Part shown: in pieces, positions 28,592-38,123 of the stretch
Layout: each line of letters starts with the position of its first letter
How positions within the stretch are numbered: position 1 is the first letter of the stretch
Source of the DNA: Bacteroidales bacterium
GTDB lineage: Bacteria; Bacteroidota; Bacteroidia; Bacteroidales; GCA-2748055
Assembly (NCBI GenBank): GCA_030673645.1
Contig: DAOVIO010000004.1
Location: 4,641-68,640, forward strand
Direction: 5' to 3'
DNA length: 64,000 nucleotides
The notes under the pieces: generated by a model
The model's input: only the letters and a program-made list of their open reading frames with translations
What the model was told of the DNA's origin: nothing
The model's database searches: none
Position numbers and translations under genes: made by a program

Positions 28592-30997
28592 ATGAAAATA
28601 AAATATCTGAGCATCTATATTCTTTTTTTTCTCTTCCTATCTCTAAACATTCCGTGCGCTAATTCCCAGTCTTATAGAAACAATTCTGATCTCAAACTTG
28701 AAAATATAATGAAGGGTGTTGAATGGATGGGAACTCCTCCTGATAATATAGAATGGAGTGTTAACGGAGATGTAGTTTATTTTGACTGGAATCCTGATAA
28801 TGAATTAATCCCTCCTAAATATAAATATGAACTGGCAAGCGGTAATCTGACGAAATTATCTTTAGAAGATAAAAGAAACAAGTTGCCATCAAGGGGAAAA
28901 ACAGCAAATAAAGCAAAAGACAAATATATTTTTGTTGATAAGGGTAAACTCTGCATTTATCATGTAAATGATAGAAAAAAACAAACCTTACTCGAGTTGG
29001 GCACCTCCATCTCCTCTCCTTTTTTCTCAAATAATGAAGATGCAATATATTTCAAGTTGGAAAACAATCTATATAAATATACAATTGAAAATGGCAGCGT
29101 AATAAAACTTACAAATTTTGTAGCTGAAAAGAAGAAACCAGAGAAGCCTAAATGGTCAAATGATCAGGAAAAATGGCTTTATAAAGATCAGATGGCTTTG
29201 TTTGATGTTATAAAGCAAAATGAAGAAAAATCAAATCTACGGAAGGCTGAACAAGAAGAATTAGAAGAAAAAAAGCCTGTTTCCATCACTATTGATAAAG
29301 CAAGAATCTCTTCCTTTGGTGTTAGTGCTGACAAGAAATACATTACTTTCCTGAGTTTCAAAACTTCAACTAACGGAAAACGTGCCGATATGCCCAAATA
29401 TGTCACTGAATCAGGATTTACAGAAGCTCAAAGTGTAAGGTCAAAAGTTGGATCTCCATATGGCGACATGAAATTGGGAATCATTAATATTGAAAAAGAT
29501 AGTTTCTATTATGCTGATATTACCGGACTACCAGGAATTTACGATTTCTCTGTTTTTGGAGAAAAACAGAAAATTATAACCAAAGAAGAGCCACGAAAAG
29601 TATACTTCAGCAACCCCCTTTGGTCTCCGGAAAATGACAAAGTAATAGTAAATATAAGATCTACTGATAATAAGGACCGGTGGATTGCTGAGCTTAATCT
29701 CGAATCCGGAGATCTCGTTTCACTTAATCGCCAAAATGATGAAGCATGGATTGCCGGTCCTGGTATAGGTTGGTCAACATCCTCAGGAACTCTTGGTTGG
29801 CTTGATGATAATAGATCAATATTCTTTCAGTCTGAAGAAAGCGGTTATTCGCATCTCTACTCTCTTAATGTTGAATCTGGAAAGAAAAAAGCTCTTACCA
29901 AAGGTTCCTTCGAAATATACAATCCCTTTCTTTCAAATGACCAGGAATTCTTCTATTTCACATCTAACGAAATTGATCCCGGCCAGCATCATTTCTACAA
30001 AATGAATGACAAAGGTGGTAAGAGGGAACAGATTACTTCTGATGCCGGAAACAACGAAGTATCTCTTTCTCCGGATGAAAAAACCATGATTATTCGTCAT
30101 TCTTATGCTAATAAACCCTGGGAACTATATGTTATGAAGATGGATGGGAAAGGTGAAGGAGAATGGGGAAAGTATTCGAAGATTACAGATTCTTATTCCG
30201 ATGACTTTAAATCTTATAACTGGCGCGAGCCCGATTTTATCATGGTTCCCGCATCTGATGGTGAAAATATTCCGGCAAGAATTTATCGTCCGGAAGAAAA
30301 TAAAAAGAATGGTGCCGCAGTAGTATTTGTCCATGGTGCCGGCTACCTCCAAAATGCCCATAAATGGTGGAGCAGTTATTATCGCGAATATATGTTTAAC
30401 AATTTCCTTGTCGATAACGGTTATACTGTTCTCGACCTCGATTACAGGGCAAGTGCGGGTTATGGTCGCGACTGGAGAACAGCAATCTACCGGCACATGG
30501 GAGGAAAAGATTTAAGCGATAATGTTGATGGTGCAAAATTTCTGGTCGAAGCTGAAGGAATCGACAAAAATCGAATCGGAATTTATGGAGGTTCATATGG
30601 CGGATTTATTACCCTAATGGCACAGTTTACTAACCCGGGTGTATTTAAGGCTGGTGCAGCCTTGCGACCTGTGACGGATTGGGCGCATTATAATCACGGA
30701 TATACTTCAAATATTCTGAATACTCCTGTTGAAGACTCAATTTCTTACCGAAGAAGTTCTCCGATTTATTTTGCTGAAGGATTCGAAGATCATCTTGTAA
30801 TGCTTCACGGAATGATGGATGATAATGTTCACTTCCAGGATGTGGTAAGGCTATCTCAAAGATTAATTGAATTGCAAAAAGATAATTGGGAATTGGCTGT
30901 ATTCCCGCTTGAGGCCCATGGATTTAAGGAATGGACCAGTTGGTTGGATGAATATAAGAGGATATATAAGATTTTTGAAATGAATCTGCTGGATTAG
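28592..30997 (+). CDS. S9 family peptidase (DPP-IV-like)
   Basis: Signal peptide; beta-propeller repeats; VHGAGY, GGSYGG, DDNV, EAHG. Confidence 0.92.
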   Translation: MKIKYLSIYILFFLFLSLNIPCANSQSYRNNSDLKLENIMKGVEWMGTPPDNIEWSVNGDVVYFDWNPDNELIPPKYKYELASGNLTKLSLEDKRNKLPSRGKTANKAKDKYIFVDKGKLCIYHVNDRKKQTLLELGTSISSPFFSNNEDAIYFKLENNLYKYTIENGSVIKLTNFVAEKKKPEKPKWSNDQEKWLYKDQMALFDVIKQNEEKSNLRKAEQEELEEKKPVSITIDKARISSFGVSADKKYITFLSFKTSTNGKRADMPKYVTESGFTEAQSVRSKVGSPYGDMKLGIINIEKDSFYYADITGLPGIYDFSVFGEKQKIITKEEPRKVYFSNPLWSPENDKVIVNIRSTDNKDRWIAELNLESGDLVSLNRQNDEAWIAGPGIGWSTSSGTLGWLDDNRSIFFQSEESGYSHLYSLNVESGKKKALTKGSFEIYNPFLSNDQEFFYFTSNEIDPGQHHFYKMNDKGGKREQITSDAGNNEVSLSPDEKTMIIRHSYANKPWELYVMKMDGKGEGEWGKYSKITDSYSDDFKSYNWREPDFIMVPASDGENIPARIYRPEENKKNGAAVVFVHGAGYLQNAHKWWSSYYREYMFNNFLVDNGYTVLDLDYRASAGYGRDWRTAIYRHMGGKDLSDNVDGAKFLVEAEGIDKNRIGIYGGSYGGFITLMAQFTNPGVFKAGAALRPVTDWAHYNHGYTSNILNTPVEDSISYRRSSPIYFAEGFEDHLVMLHGMMDDNVHFQDVVRLSQRLIELQKDNWELAVFPLEAHGFKEWTSWLDEYKRIYKIFEMNLLD

Positions 30998-31031
30998 GTA
31001 GAGACGCAAAATCTTGCGTCTCTACCTAATC
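30992..31031. repeat. GTAG-type REP palindrome / bidirectional terminator
   Basis: gattaggtagagacgcaa-aatc-ttgcgtctctacctaatc, 18-bp arms. Confidence 0.75.
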
Positions 31032-31952
31032 CCCCAATTCCGAAACCATCCACCCCGGCCTTTCAAAGCTCAATACTACTGAAATTCCAATAGTCGTATA
31101 AGGAAAATCATTTATCCCGGTCTGAAACCTTAGTTTATAATTAAGCTGGGATTCCAAAGCAGATTTTATTTCCATTCTATAGACCAATGGCTGATCTCCA
31201 TTTCCAAAATAACCATAATATCCTCCCAGGCCGGAATCTAGATGAAACTTTTCAAATCCTAATACAAAACCTACAGCATATAAAATAGCGTCATTTTGCA
31301 CATAGTCATCGCGATTGGTCTGATAAGAATAAAAACCTCCCATTCCATAAGGTCGCCAGTATTTTAATTTTCCTTTTCTTGTTTCAATATCTTTCCCCAT
31401 TGATAAATCAAAATAATAACCGGGGGCATCGGTATGCCTTGCATTTCCAAGATTTGTTCCAGAAGATGTCTTCAGATTTATGCTTGCCATAATATCCGGC
31501 AACCGATCCTTGTCTTTTATAATCTGCAAATAGGTTGTTACATATACATCGCCAAAACTACCCCCTGAAGGTTCAAAGTCACGAGCTCTTCTCAAATCAC
31601 GTGTCTCTATGTCCATAGAATAAATCTCATATGGAACATAACTAACATTTACTCCCGCAATACCCGGCGCCAGAGCCAGATTCAGTTTAGTAAAAAGATT
31701 TGCAGTTTGATCTCCGATTGATGAATGATAAGACGCCCCCAACTCATATTCAAAATCACCTGAAAATATTCCCGTATTAAATTCGGGCACAGGAAGAGCA
31801 TTGGGTCCCATGTATGAAGGCGAATAAATAATATACTCCCTCCATGATGTAACTCCATCCCAATTATGCAAATCATTCCACCAGTTATAATCTTGCGAAA
31901 AAACGGAATGAAAGCCCGAGAAGATTATGAGAATCAGTAATATTCGCTTCAT
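31026..31952 (-). CDS. Hypothetical exported, probable outer-membrane protein
   Basis: Signal peptide; HNWDG..W, MGPNALPVP; alternating beta-strand pattern. Confidence 0.65.
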   Translation of the reverse strand: MKRILLILIIFSGFHSVFSQDYNWWNDLHNWDGVTSWREYIIYSPSYMGPNALPVPEFNTGIFSGDFEYELGASYHSSIGDQTANLFTKLNLALAPGIAGVNVSYVPYEIYSMDIETRDLRRARDFEPSGGSFGDVYVTTYLQIIKDKDRLPDIMASINLKTSSGTNLGNARHTDAPGYYFDLSMGKDIETRKGKLKYWRPYGMGGFYSYQTNRDDYVQNDAILYAVGFVLGFEKFHLDSGLGGYYGYFGNGDQPLVYRMEIKSALESQLNYKLRFQTGINDFPYTTIGISVVLSFERPGWMVSELGD

Positions 31953-32085
31953 AAGGTAAAAATAGGAAAAATGTTGAATTATAGATTTGTGGGCGATTTC
32001 TTGAAAATATCTTTAGTCCTAAAGCTTTTTCATAAAGATGTATGTATTCTTCATATTCTCTATTATTTTACTGTATGTTAATACC

Positions 32086-32171
32086 TTACGCAGAGGCTCG
32101 CTAAGAACCGCAAAGCTTCGCAAAGGATTTCTTAGCGAACCTTTGCGAAAACTTTGCGTGTCTCTGCGTAA
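32086..32171. repeat. Inverted array of CGCAAAG-like 10-bp-period repeats
   Basis: cgcagag/cgctaag/cgcaaag/cgcaaag followed by cttagcg/ctttgcg/ctttgcg/ctctgcg. Confidence 0.75.
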
Positions 32172-32262
32172 TTTTCATATTATCTGACCCAAAGGGAGCC
32201 ATTTATAAACAGTTTATTCTAAAATACCCTTTTCACACAATCAATATTTCCTAATCTAAATC

Positions 32263-33774
32263 TTAACTATACCACTTCCTCTTACGATCCAGATCTCCGG
32301 CAAGAATTCTGTTTAAAATATTCACATCTTCGATAATCTGAAAGTCAAACATTCCAACGCAGATAAAATCAGCTCCACTCTCGAAGGCATACTTGAATCC
32401 GTCTTCTGGCTTAATTGCCCCTCCAGCTAAAACTTTAAATCCAAACAATGGAATATCAAAATTTTGGAAAAAATCGACAGTCTTTTCAGGGAAAATATCA
32501 AAGATATTATCATGAAATTCATTATGATTTAAGCTTTTCTTTGTATCAACCTCAAACTCTACACGATTTTCTCTTGGGTGTGCCGACCAGTAATTATCAT
32601 GGTGGACAGTTTTAAAATAGTAATCTGGTCTGATCCCGGCTTTCTCGCATGCGATCGGTACCTGAATAGTATGGCCTCCTACTCCGGCCAGCATTCCCTG
32701 ACTTCGTGTGTATTCTAACGCCATTTCAATCATATCTAAACGTTCATTCTTAACCAGCTTATCTGCATTTCCCCCTTGAACATACATTGTTGTAACCCCA
32801 TAATCTCTTGCTTCTTTGAATTGCCACAGAGGATCCTCATGATCGGGTTCCATATGAACCTGGGCAATTGTATGCATCTTACTTCCGGAAATCCTTTTAT
32901 ACCTGTTGAAAAATTGCATATTAGAAAGAACTACATTGGTTACATTTATACCAGCTTGTTCAGCAATATTGAAAGTTTCGTAAATCTTTTTTTCAGTATT
33001 ATAATGTCTGAATAATCTATTTGCGTATAGAAGATCGCGAGCGTGAGCGTAACCGCTGATTAAATTGCAGCCCATTATCAATCGGCTAAATTCAAGATCA
33101 CCAATTTTCCCTTTAGGCATAGTCCCTTCTAATTCATTAAGATTAAAGTTTTTAAAGCTCATCGTTGCCCCGGTACTGCCATCCAACTCTCCTTCAGCGG
33201 CTTTCATCCCTGCAGTATAAACTATTCCACCTATAAAAGGGAGGGTCGCTAAGCTCTTTAGCATATCCCTTCTACTGTTTGATGAATTATCATTTTCTAA
33301 ATCTTGCCCGGCTTTCTTTTTATTGAACAAAGCCATAATGCTAAATTCCACAGAAGGAAAACCAGCGATCAGTCCAAGGGCAATCGCCTCAATAAAATTT
33401 CGGTTAATAATCCAAAAATGACCCTCAATACTTCCAATTAATAAATGGTTTCCAAATGGAGGGTAAGAGAGATAATACATCAACAATAAAAGAATTCCGG
33501 CGTAAGATGCAAAACGGATAAATATTCCTAAAATAAGACCTGATCCAATTATTATTAAGCCCCATAAATTGAGGAAATCAACTATATTTAAAAGAAATTC
33601 ATTTGCTGCCAGAGAATGGAAAAATCCCGATAAAAACCCATAAGAGCCCTCAAGATAATTTTTAGCTGTCCAATTCGTACTGAATAATTTAATAATCCCT
33701 TCATAAAGGAAATGCCAGCCAATTACAAAGCGTAACAAAAAGAGTAGCCACTGTTTTGGAGTTTTCATGGACAC
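32263..33774 (-). CDS. DoxX-family membrane domain fused to an aldo/keto-reductase-like domain
   Basis: LRFVIGWHFLYEG..K (DoxX); internal SRRDMLK; SRLIMGCN...FKVLAGG...GADFICVGMF. Confidence 0.7.
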   Translation of the reverse strand: MSMKTPKQWLLFLLRFVIGWHFLYEGIIKLFSTNWTAKNYLEGSYGFLSGFFHSLAANEFLLNIVDFLNLWGLIIIGSGLILGIFIRFASYAGILLLLMYYLSYPPFGNHLLIGSIEGHFWIINRNFIEAIALGLIAGFPSVEFSIMALFNKKKAGQDLENDNSSNSRRDMLKSLATLPFIGGIVYTAGMKAAEGELDGSTGATMSFKNFNLNELEGTMPKGKIGDLEFSRLIMGCNLISGYAHARDLLYANRLFRHYNTEKKIYETFNIAEQAGINVTNVVLSNMQFFNRYKRISGSKMHTIAQVHMEPDHEDPLWQFKEARDYGVTTMYVQGGNADKLVKNERLDMIEMALEYTRSQGMLAGVGGHTIQVPIACEKAGIRPDYYFKTVHHDNYWSAHPRENRVEFEVDTKKSLNHNEFHDNIFDIFPEKTVDFFQNFDIPLFGFKVLAGGAIKPEDGFKYAFESGADFICVGMFDFQIIEDVNILNRILAGDLDRKRKWYS

Positions 33775-33888
33775 TTGTGTTAGAAGTTAATACTCACAAA
33801 TTTAGAAGAAATGGATTTAAAAAAAATAGCAGGTTGTAATTTTGATTCGATCTTAATACAAGAAATTATAAATACAACTGAAAAAGAT

Positions 33889-34115
33889 GAGATTGCTTTA
33901 GTCGCTAACTGCCTCGGGTTCCCCCGTTATAATCTAGTCTTGGGAAAGTGAGGACGGGATTGCTTCAGTCACCCTCGTACCTCGGGTTCCCTCGCAATTG
34001 ACGCGGCTTTGGTGGTGCGGGGGGATAAAAAAGTTGGCAGCTTTGCCGCCAACTTTTTTATCCCCTACACACTAGTATGCTAGGTCTCTGCCGACGAAGA
34101 AGGCGAAGCAATCTC
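33889..34115. repeat. GATTGCTT...CTCGCAAT-type REP cluster with a central long hairpin
   Basis: gagattgctt at 33889; gggattgcttcagtc...ctcgcaattgac 33956-34002; hairpin 34021-34065; inverted end gaagcaatctc at 34105-34115. Confidence 0.7.
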
Positions 34116-34119
34116 GCAT

Positions 34120-34857
34120 CTACTTCTTAAGGCTGGCTTTAGAAAATATCACTTCGGGAATTTCTTTATCAAATTCAATTTCAGTAATAACAAACTCTGT
34201 TCCCTTTCCGGTCTTAAGCATATCATTGAATACAATTCTCATTGGAAACCACTTCCCTGCAACTTGTTTCACGTCAAATAATTCAGTCTTTTTTAACAAT
34301 TTACCACTCTTGGCATAAAGCTCTTCTTTAAGTGGGACATTCCTATCTTTATCCACCCATACAATCCGCTTAGGATAAGAAACTGTATTATCTGTTGCGT
34401 TCATTTCAATAATCCAACAATTTCTAGATTCTATTTGCTCTTCACCGGTTACCGTAGCATCATAATGATCGCTTAATTTACTGTCGTCCATCATGTCTTC
34501 ATATGAGAGGTCAGAACCCATAAGCGATTGTCTGAGCATATGTCCGGCAATCTGAATTGTCCGGTCGGTTGAAGGTGAATATAGCCATAGTTTGTCCTCC
34601 AGTTTTAGCATCTTCGTTCCTCTTTCGCGGGCTGGGTTCAGGTATTCAGTGAATGCTTTTTCATCACCAACTATCCATGATTTGGATTCAATCGTCCTGT
34701 CCCCTCTTTTCCCATGAATAACCATTTTAGAAGTGTGTATCATGGATTTTGCGGACATGTTTTTATCAATTTTATCCATAATTACATCCCCTTCAGGAAA
34801 CTGGGCAGCCAGTGAAAGGGGGAAAATAATTGATATTAGAAATATTAATCGTGTCAT
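34120..34857 (-). CDS. Outer-membrane lipoprotein-sorting (LolA-like) protein
   Basis: PARERGTKMLK, LW.YSP, MGSDLSYED, SGKLLK. Confidence 0.85.
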   Translation of the reverse strand: MTRLIFLISIIFPLSLAAQFPEGDVIMDKIDKNMSAKSMIHTSKMVIHGKRGDRTIESKSWIVGDEKAFTEYLNPARERGTKMLKLEDKLWLYSPSTDRTIQIAGHMLRQSLMGSDLSYEDMMDDSKLSDHYDATVTGEEQIESRNCWIIEMNATDNTVSYPKRIVWVDKDRNVPLKEELYAKSGKLLKKTELFDVKQVAGKWFPMRIVFNDMLKTGKGTEFVITEIEFDKEIPEVIFSKASLKK

Positions 34858-34890
34858 AAGGTTTAACTTTTTAATGTATTTCAAATTTGG

Positions 34891-36174
34891 TTATCCGCCC
34901 CAGGCATCAAGCTCTTTAAATAATTGGGCTGTTTGTCTTTTATAAATGCCGATACCTGACAGTAATGTTCCAAGTACAATAGAAAATAATCCGGGAATAA
35001 ATCCGAGATAATATGCTTCCGGAGTAATCCTTGCTCTTATTATACCCGGCATCATCATAGTTGAACCCTCCATCATTCCTGAAATATCAATTCCTTTTGT
35101 TTGAAGCAAGTAGGCAAAAAACAGTCCGAAAATTGTTCCAGACACAGATCCTACTATTCCTATTAGAACGGATTCACTAATCATGCTTCTGTAAATATGA
35201 CCCTTCTCTTCACCAATAGCCAACCTTAAACCTACTTCTCCATATCTACGCAGACCACCAATCAGGCCTGTGTTCCATAGCACTGTCGACATAATTAGAA
35301 TAAATACAAAAGCAATTATTCCAGCTAAACTGTCTGCCATATCTATCATGGTAGCAAAGGTATTCTGGTCACGCATACTTACCATCATAGGAGAAAACTC
35401 ATCCTCATTTGATGAATACTTCTCATTAAATTCTGTTGATAATGCTACAGCATTTTCGTCTTCATAGTAACCACCCCCAAAATATCCAAGCAATTCCCCG
35501 GTAGCGTCATTCATATCCAAAGCCAGGCGAATATCTTCGATATCAGCAATCATTGCTCCACGATCCATAGCTGGTATTCCAAAAATTACAGTGCCTGACA
35601 CTTTAAAATTTGATATTGACATCCCTCCATACATCGTTGCTGAAATTAGTGTCACTTCATCACCGGGATTAACACCAAGGTTTTGCGAAAAATCTTCACT
35701 CAATAAAACTTCACCCGGAGATTCAGGTATGGCTCCTCTTACAATCGATTCTCTAAGATTCATTCTGTCAATTTCCCCTGATCCTTCGTTAAATATATCA
35801 ATAGCAATTCCCATGGCAGGACCTTGTGCGTATGTTTCACCAAACTCATCAGGAGCATCAACCAGTCCCCCAAATTTTATTCTTTCAACCCATGTCATAT
35901 CGGGGTATTGAGCTTCAATATTTTCCCTAAGCTCTTTTACATCAATTAGTGCAAGATCGTTTGGCGCCAGATCAGAATTTTCAGCATAGACCCGAGACAT
36001 AACTTTCACATGCCCGGTGCTAAATCTGGCTGTTAGCTCTAAAGTGTCACCCATAACTCCGGTGATATAGCAGTGCATCAGAACCGTTAGCATTACTCCA
36101 ATCGAAACAATAATTATTGGGAGAATACTTCGATGTTTATCGCGTAATAATCCTTTTATTATAAATCGTATCAT
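34891..36174 (-). CDS. ABC transporter permease (LolC/E, FtsX-like)
   Basis: N-terminal TM, large periplasmic loop, RRYGEVGLRLAIG, C-terminal TMs. Confidence 0.85.
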   Translation of the reverse strand: MIRFIIKGLLRDKHRSILPIIIVSIGVMLTVLMHCYITGVMGDTLELTARFSTGHVKVMSRVYAENSDLAPNDLALIDVKELRENIEAQYPDMTWVERIKFGGLVDAPDEFGETYAQGPAMGIAIDIFNEGSGEIDRMNLRESIVRGAIPESPGEVLLSEDFSQNLGVNPGDEVTLISATMYGGMSISNFKVSGTVIFGIPAMDRGAMIADIEDIRLALDMNDATGELLGYFGGGYYEDENAVALSTEFNEKYSSNEDEFSPMMVSMRDQNTFATMIDMADSLAGIIAFVFILIMSTVLWNTGLIGGLRRYGEVGLRLAIGEEKGHIYRSMISESVLIGIVGSVSGTIFGLFFAYLLQTKGIDISGMMEGSTMMMPGIIRARITPEAYYLGFIPGLFSIVLGTLLSGIGIYKRQTAQLFKELDAWGG

Positions 36175-37343
36175 ATCGTTTTTCCTTTCAATGCTTCTGT
36201 AGGTTTCATTTTTGAGATTTTTCGGGTTGGCAGGTAACTAACAATGGTCGTTGTGATTACTATTAAAAGAATGGTAACAGTTACCAGTCCCAAAGAGTAA
36301 TATGGATATAGGGTCTCAGCCATAGTAATTCCCATATCACTTCCATCCATTCCAAAACTCATTCCCTTCTTTGCCTGCTGAATAAAAAGTGGAACCCCAT
36401 AAAGAGACCCCACAGCAACAGCTAAAATAGAATGCATTCCCCCTTCCACAGTAAAAAGGCCTATAACCTGTCCTTTAGTCATCCCCATTGCAAAATAAGT
36501 TCCTATCTCTTTTTGTCTCCTGAATATCGCTAATATTTGTGTGTCGAATATTGCAAGCCAGGCCAGCATTAATAATATGAAATAAAATATGGAACCTCCT
36601 ATTGACTTGGACTTAATAAGTTTATCAATATCACTCATCAAATAAGAAAGATCCTTAAAATCCCAGGCTTCATATTCAGCTTTGTCCAATTCATCATTTG
36701 CAGCAACAATAATCGTAGCCTCCCCTGGCATTACCATCATTTCCTGTAACTTCTCCAGAGGTATCCATAATTGTCCGCCATCCACCGCAGGAACATTTGT
36801 TTTAAAAATAGAGGTAATCATGACCTCATTTGCATCAAAAGTACCATTAGCATCTCTCCACCTTAGGGTCATCATGTCCCCCACTTCAAGCTTATTACTT
36901 TCAGCCATATGAGCACCAATTATCGCTGGTATTTCGGTAATCATAGTATCAAGCTTCGAAGTTGGAAGAGCAAGAATATTTTGATTTTTGTCAATTCCTT
37001 TAATTAAAATGCTCCGCATTCTACCATTTGGATAGATCGTGCCCTGTGTGATAAGAATAGGGGCAAGCTTCCTGTTTTCTACCATTGTTACCTGATCATT
37101 ATTCAACACACCATGACTTTCAGTAAGAGTAAATGGATCGAATGGATCATATTCTTTGTGCCAGTATTGACCGCCACCATATTCCCAGGTAATAGAATCT
37201 ACCTTGGCCTGGCGATCCCATCCGTCGAGCAAGCCCTTATGCCAGATAATCATCACAAAAGCAAGTGACAGAATAATTACATTGAGCCAGGTTCGCAAAC
37301 CTGCCCCAAGCAAATTTCTATAAGCTAATTTAAAAGCAAGCAT
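36171..37343 (-). CDS. ABC transporter permease (LolC/E, FtsX-like)
   Basis: KLAYRNL, RRQKEIGT..AMGM, P.RK...MKP.EAL. Confidence 0.87.
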   Translation of the reverse strand: MLAFKLAYRNLLGAGLRTWLNVIILSLAFVMIIWHKGLLDGWDRQAKVDSITWEYGGGQYWHKEYDPFDPFTLTESHGVLNNDQVTMVENRKLAPILITQGTIYPNGRMRSILIKGIDKNQNILALPTSKLDTMITEIPAIIGAHMAESNKLEVGDMMTLRWRDANGTFDANEVMITSIFKTNVPAVDGGQLWIPLEKLQEMMVMPGEATIIVAANDELDKAEYEAWDFKDLSYLMSDIDKLIKSKSIGGSIFYFILLMLAWLAIFDTQILAIFRRQKEIGTYFAMGMTKGQVIGLFTVEGGMHSILAVAVGSLYGVPLFIQQAKKGMSFGMDGSDMGITMAETLYPYYSLGLVTVTILLIVITTTIVSYLPTRKISKMKPTEALKGKTI

Positions 37344-37354
37344 GATTTGTCCTC

Positions 37355-38053
37355 CTAATTAGATATATATTCATCCTTAACTACCATACCATCTGAAAGA
37401 CTAATTTTCCGTTTCAGATATTTAATAACCTTGTCGTCATGTGTTGCAAAAAGAAATGAAGTTTTTAAATCCTCATTCAATTTTACCATGGTTTCAAGGA
37501 TATGATGAGAGTTTTCAGCATCAAGGTTCGCAGTTGGTTCGTCTGCAAGTACCAGTCGTGGCTTTTTTACCATAGCTCTGGCAATTGCCACCCTCTGCGA
37601 TTCGCCACCAGAAAGTTGTGGGGGTTTGGATTTTATTTTTGGTACTAATCCTACCCATTCCAAAGCTTCCATAACCGCTTTTTTTCGTTCTGCTGAAGTC
37701 ATTTTTAGTAATAATAAGGGAAATTCAACATTCTCAAAAACGGTATAAACAGGAAGTAGATTATAGGATTGAAATATAAATCCCAGGTCTTCCTTTCGTA
37801 ATTTTGCTGACTCTTTTATACTAAGCTTACTGATAGCTCTTCCCAGAACAACAGCCTCTCCTTCTGAAGGAGTATCCAGCGACCCAACAATATTCAGCAA
37901 AGTTGTTTTGCCTGATCCGCTAGGGCCAACCAGTCCTGCAAATTCGCCTTCACCAAAACTCAGGTCTATTTCTTTGAGTGCGGTGAACTTACCTCCACCA
38001 ACAGGAAAATGTTTTGATAACTTGTTGATGGAGATTTGATTTTGTGTTTCCAT
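37355..38053 (-). CDS. ABC transporter ATP-binding protein (LolD-like)
   Basis: GPSGSGKTT, LSGGESQRVAIARA, LADEPT. Confidence 0.95.
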   Translation of the reverse strand: METQNQISINKLSKHFPVGGGKFTALKEIDLSFGEGEFAGLVGPSGSGKTTLLNIVGSLDTPSEGEAVVLGRAISKLSIKESAKLRKEDLGFIFQSYNLLPVYTVFENVEFPLLLLKMTSAERKKAVMEALEWVGLVPKIKSKPPQLSGGESQRVAIARAMVKKPRLVLADEPTANLDAENSHHILETMVKLNEDLKTSFLFATHDDKVIKYLKRKISLSDGMVVKDEYISN

Positions 38054-38123
38054 TTTTTGTAAAATTTTAGTTTACATGTTTCTGTTGGGTAATATCTACC
38101 ATAATACCCTTATTCTTTATTTA

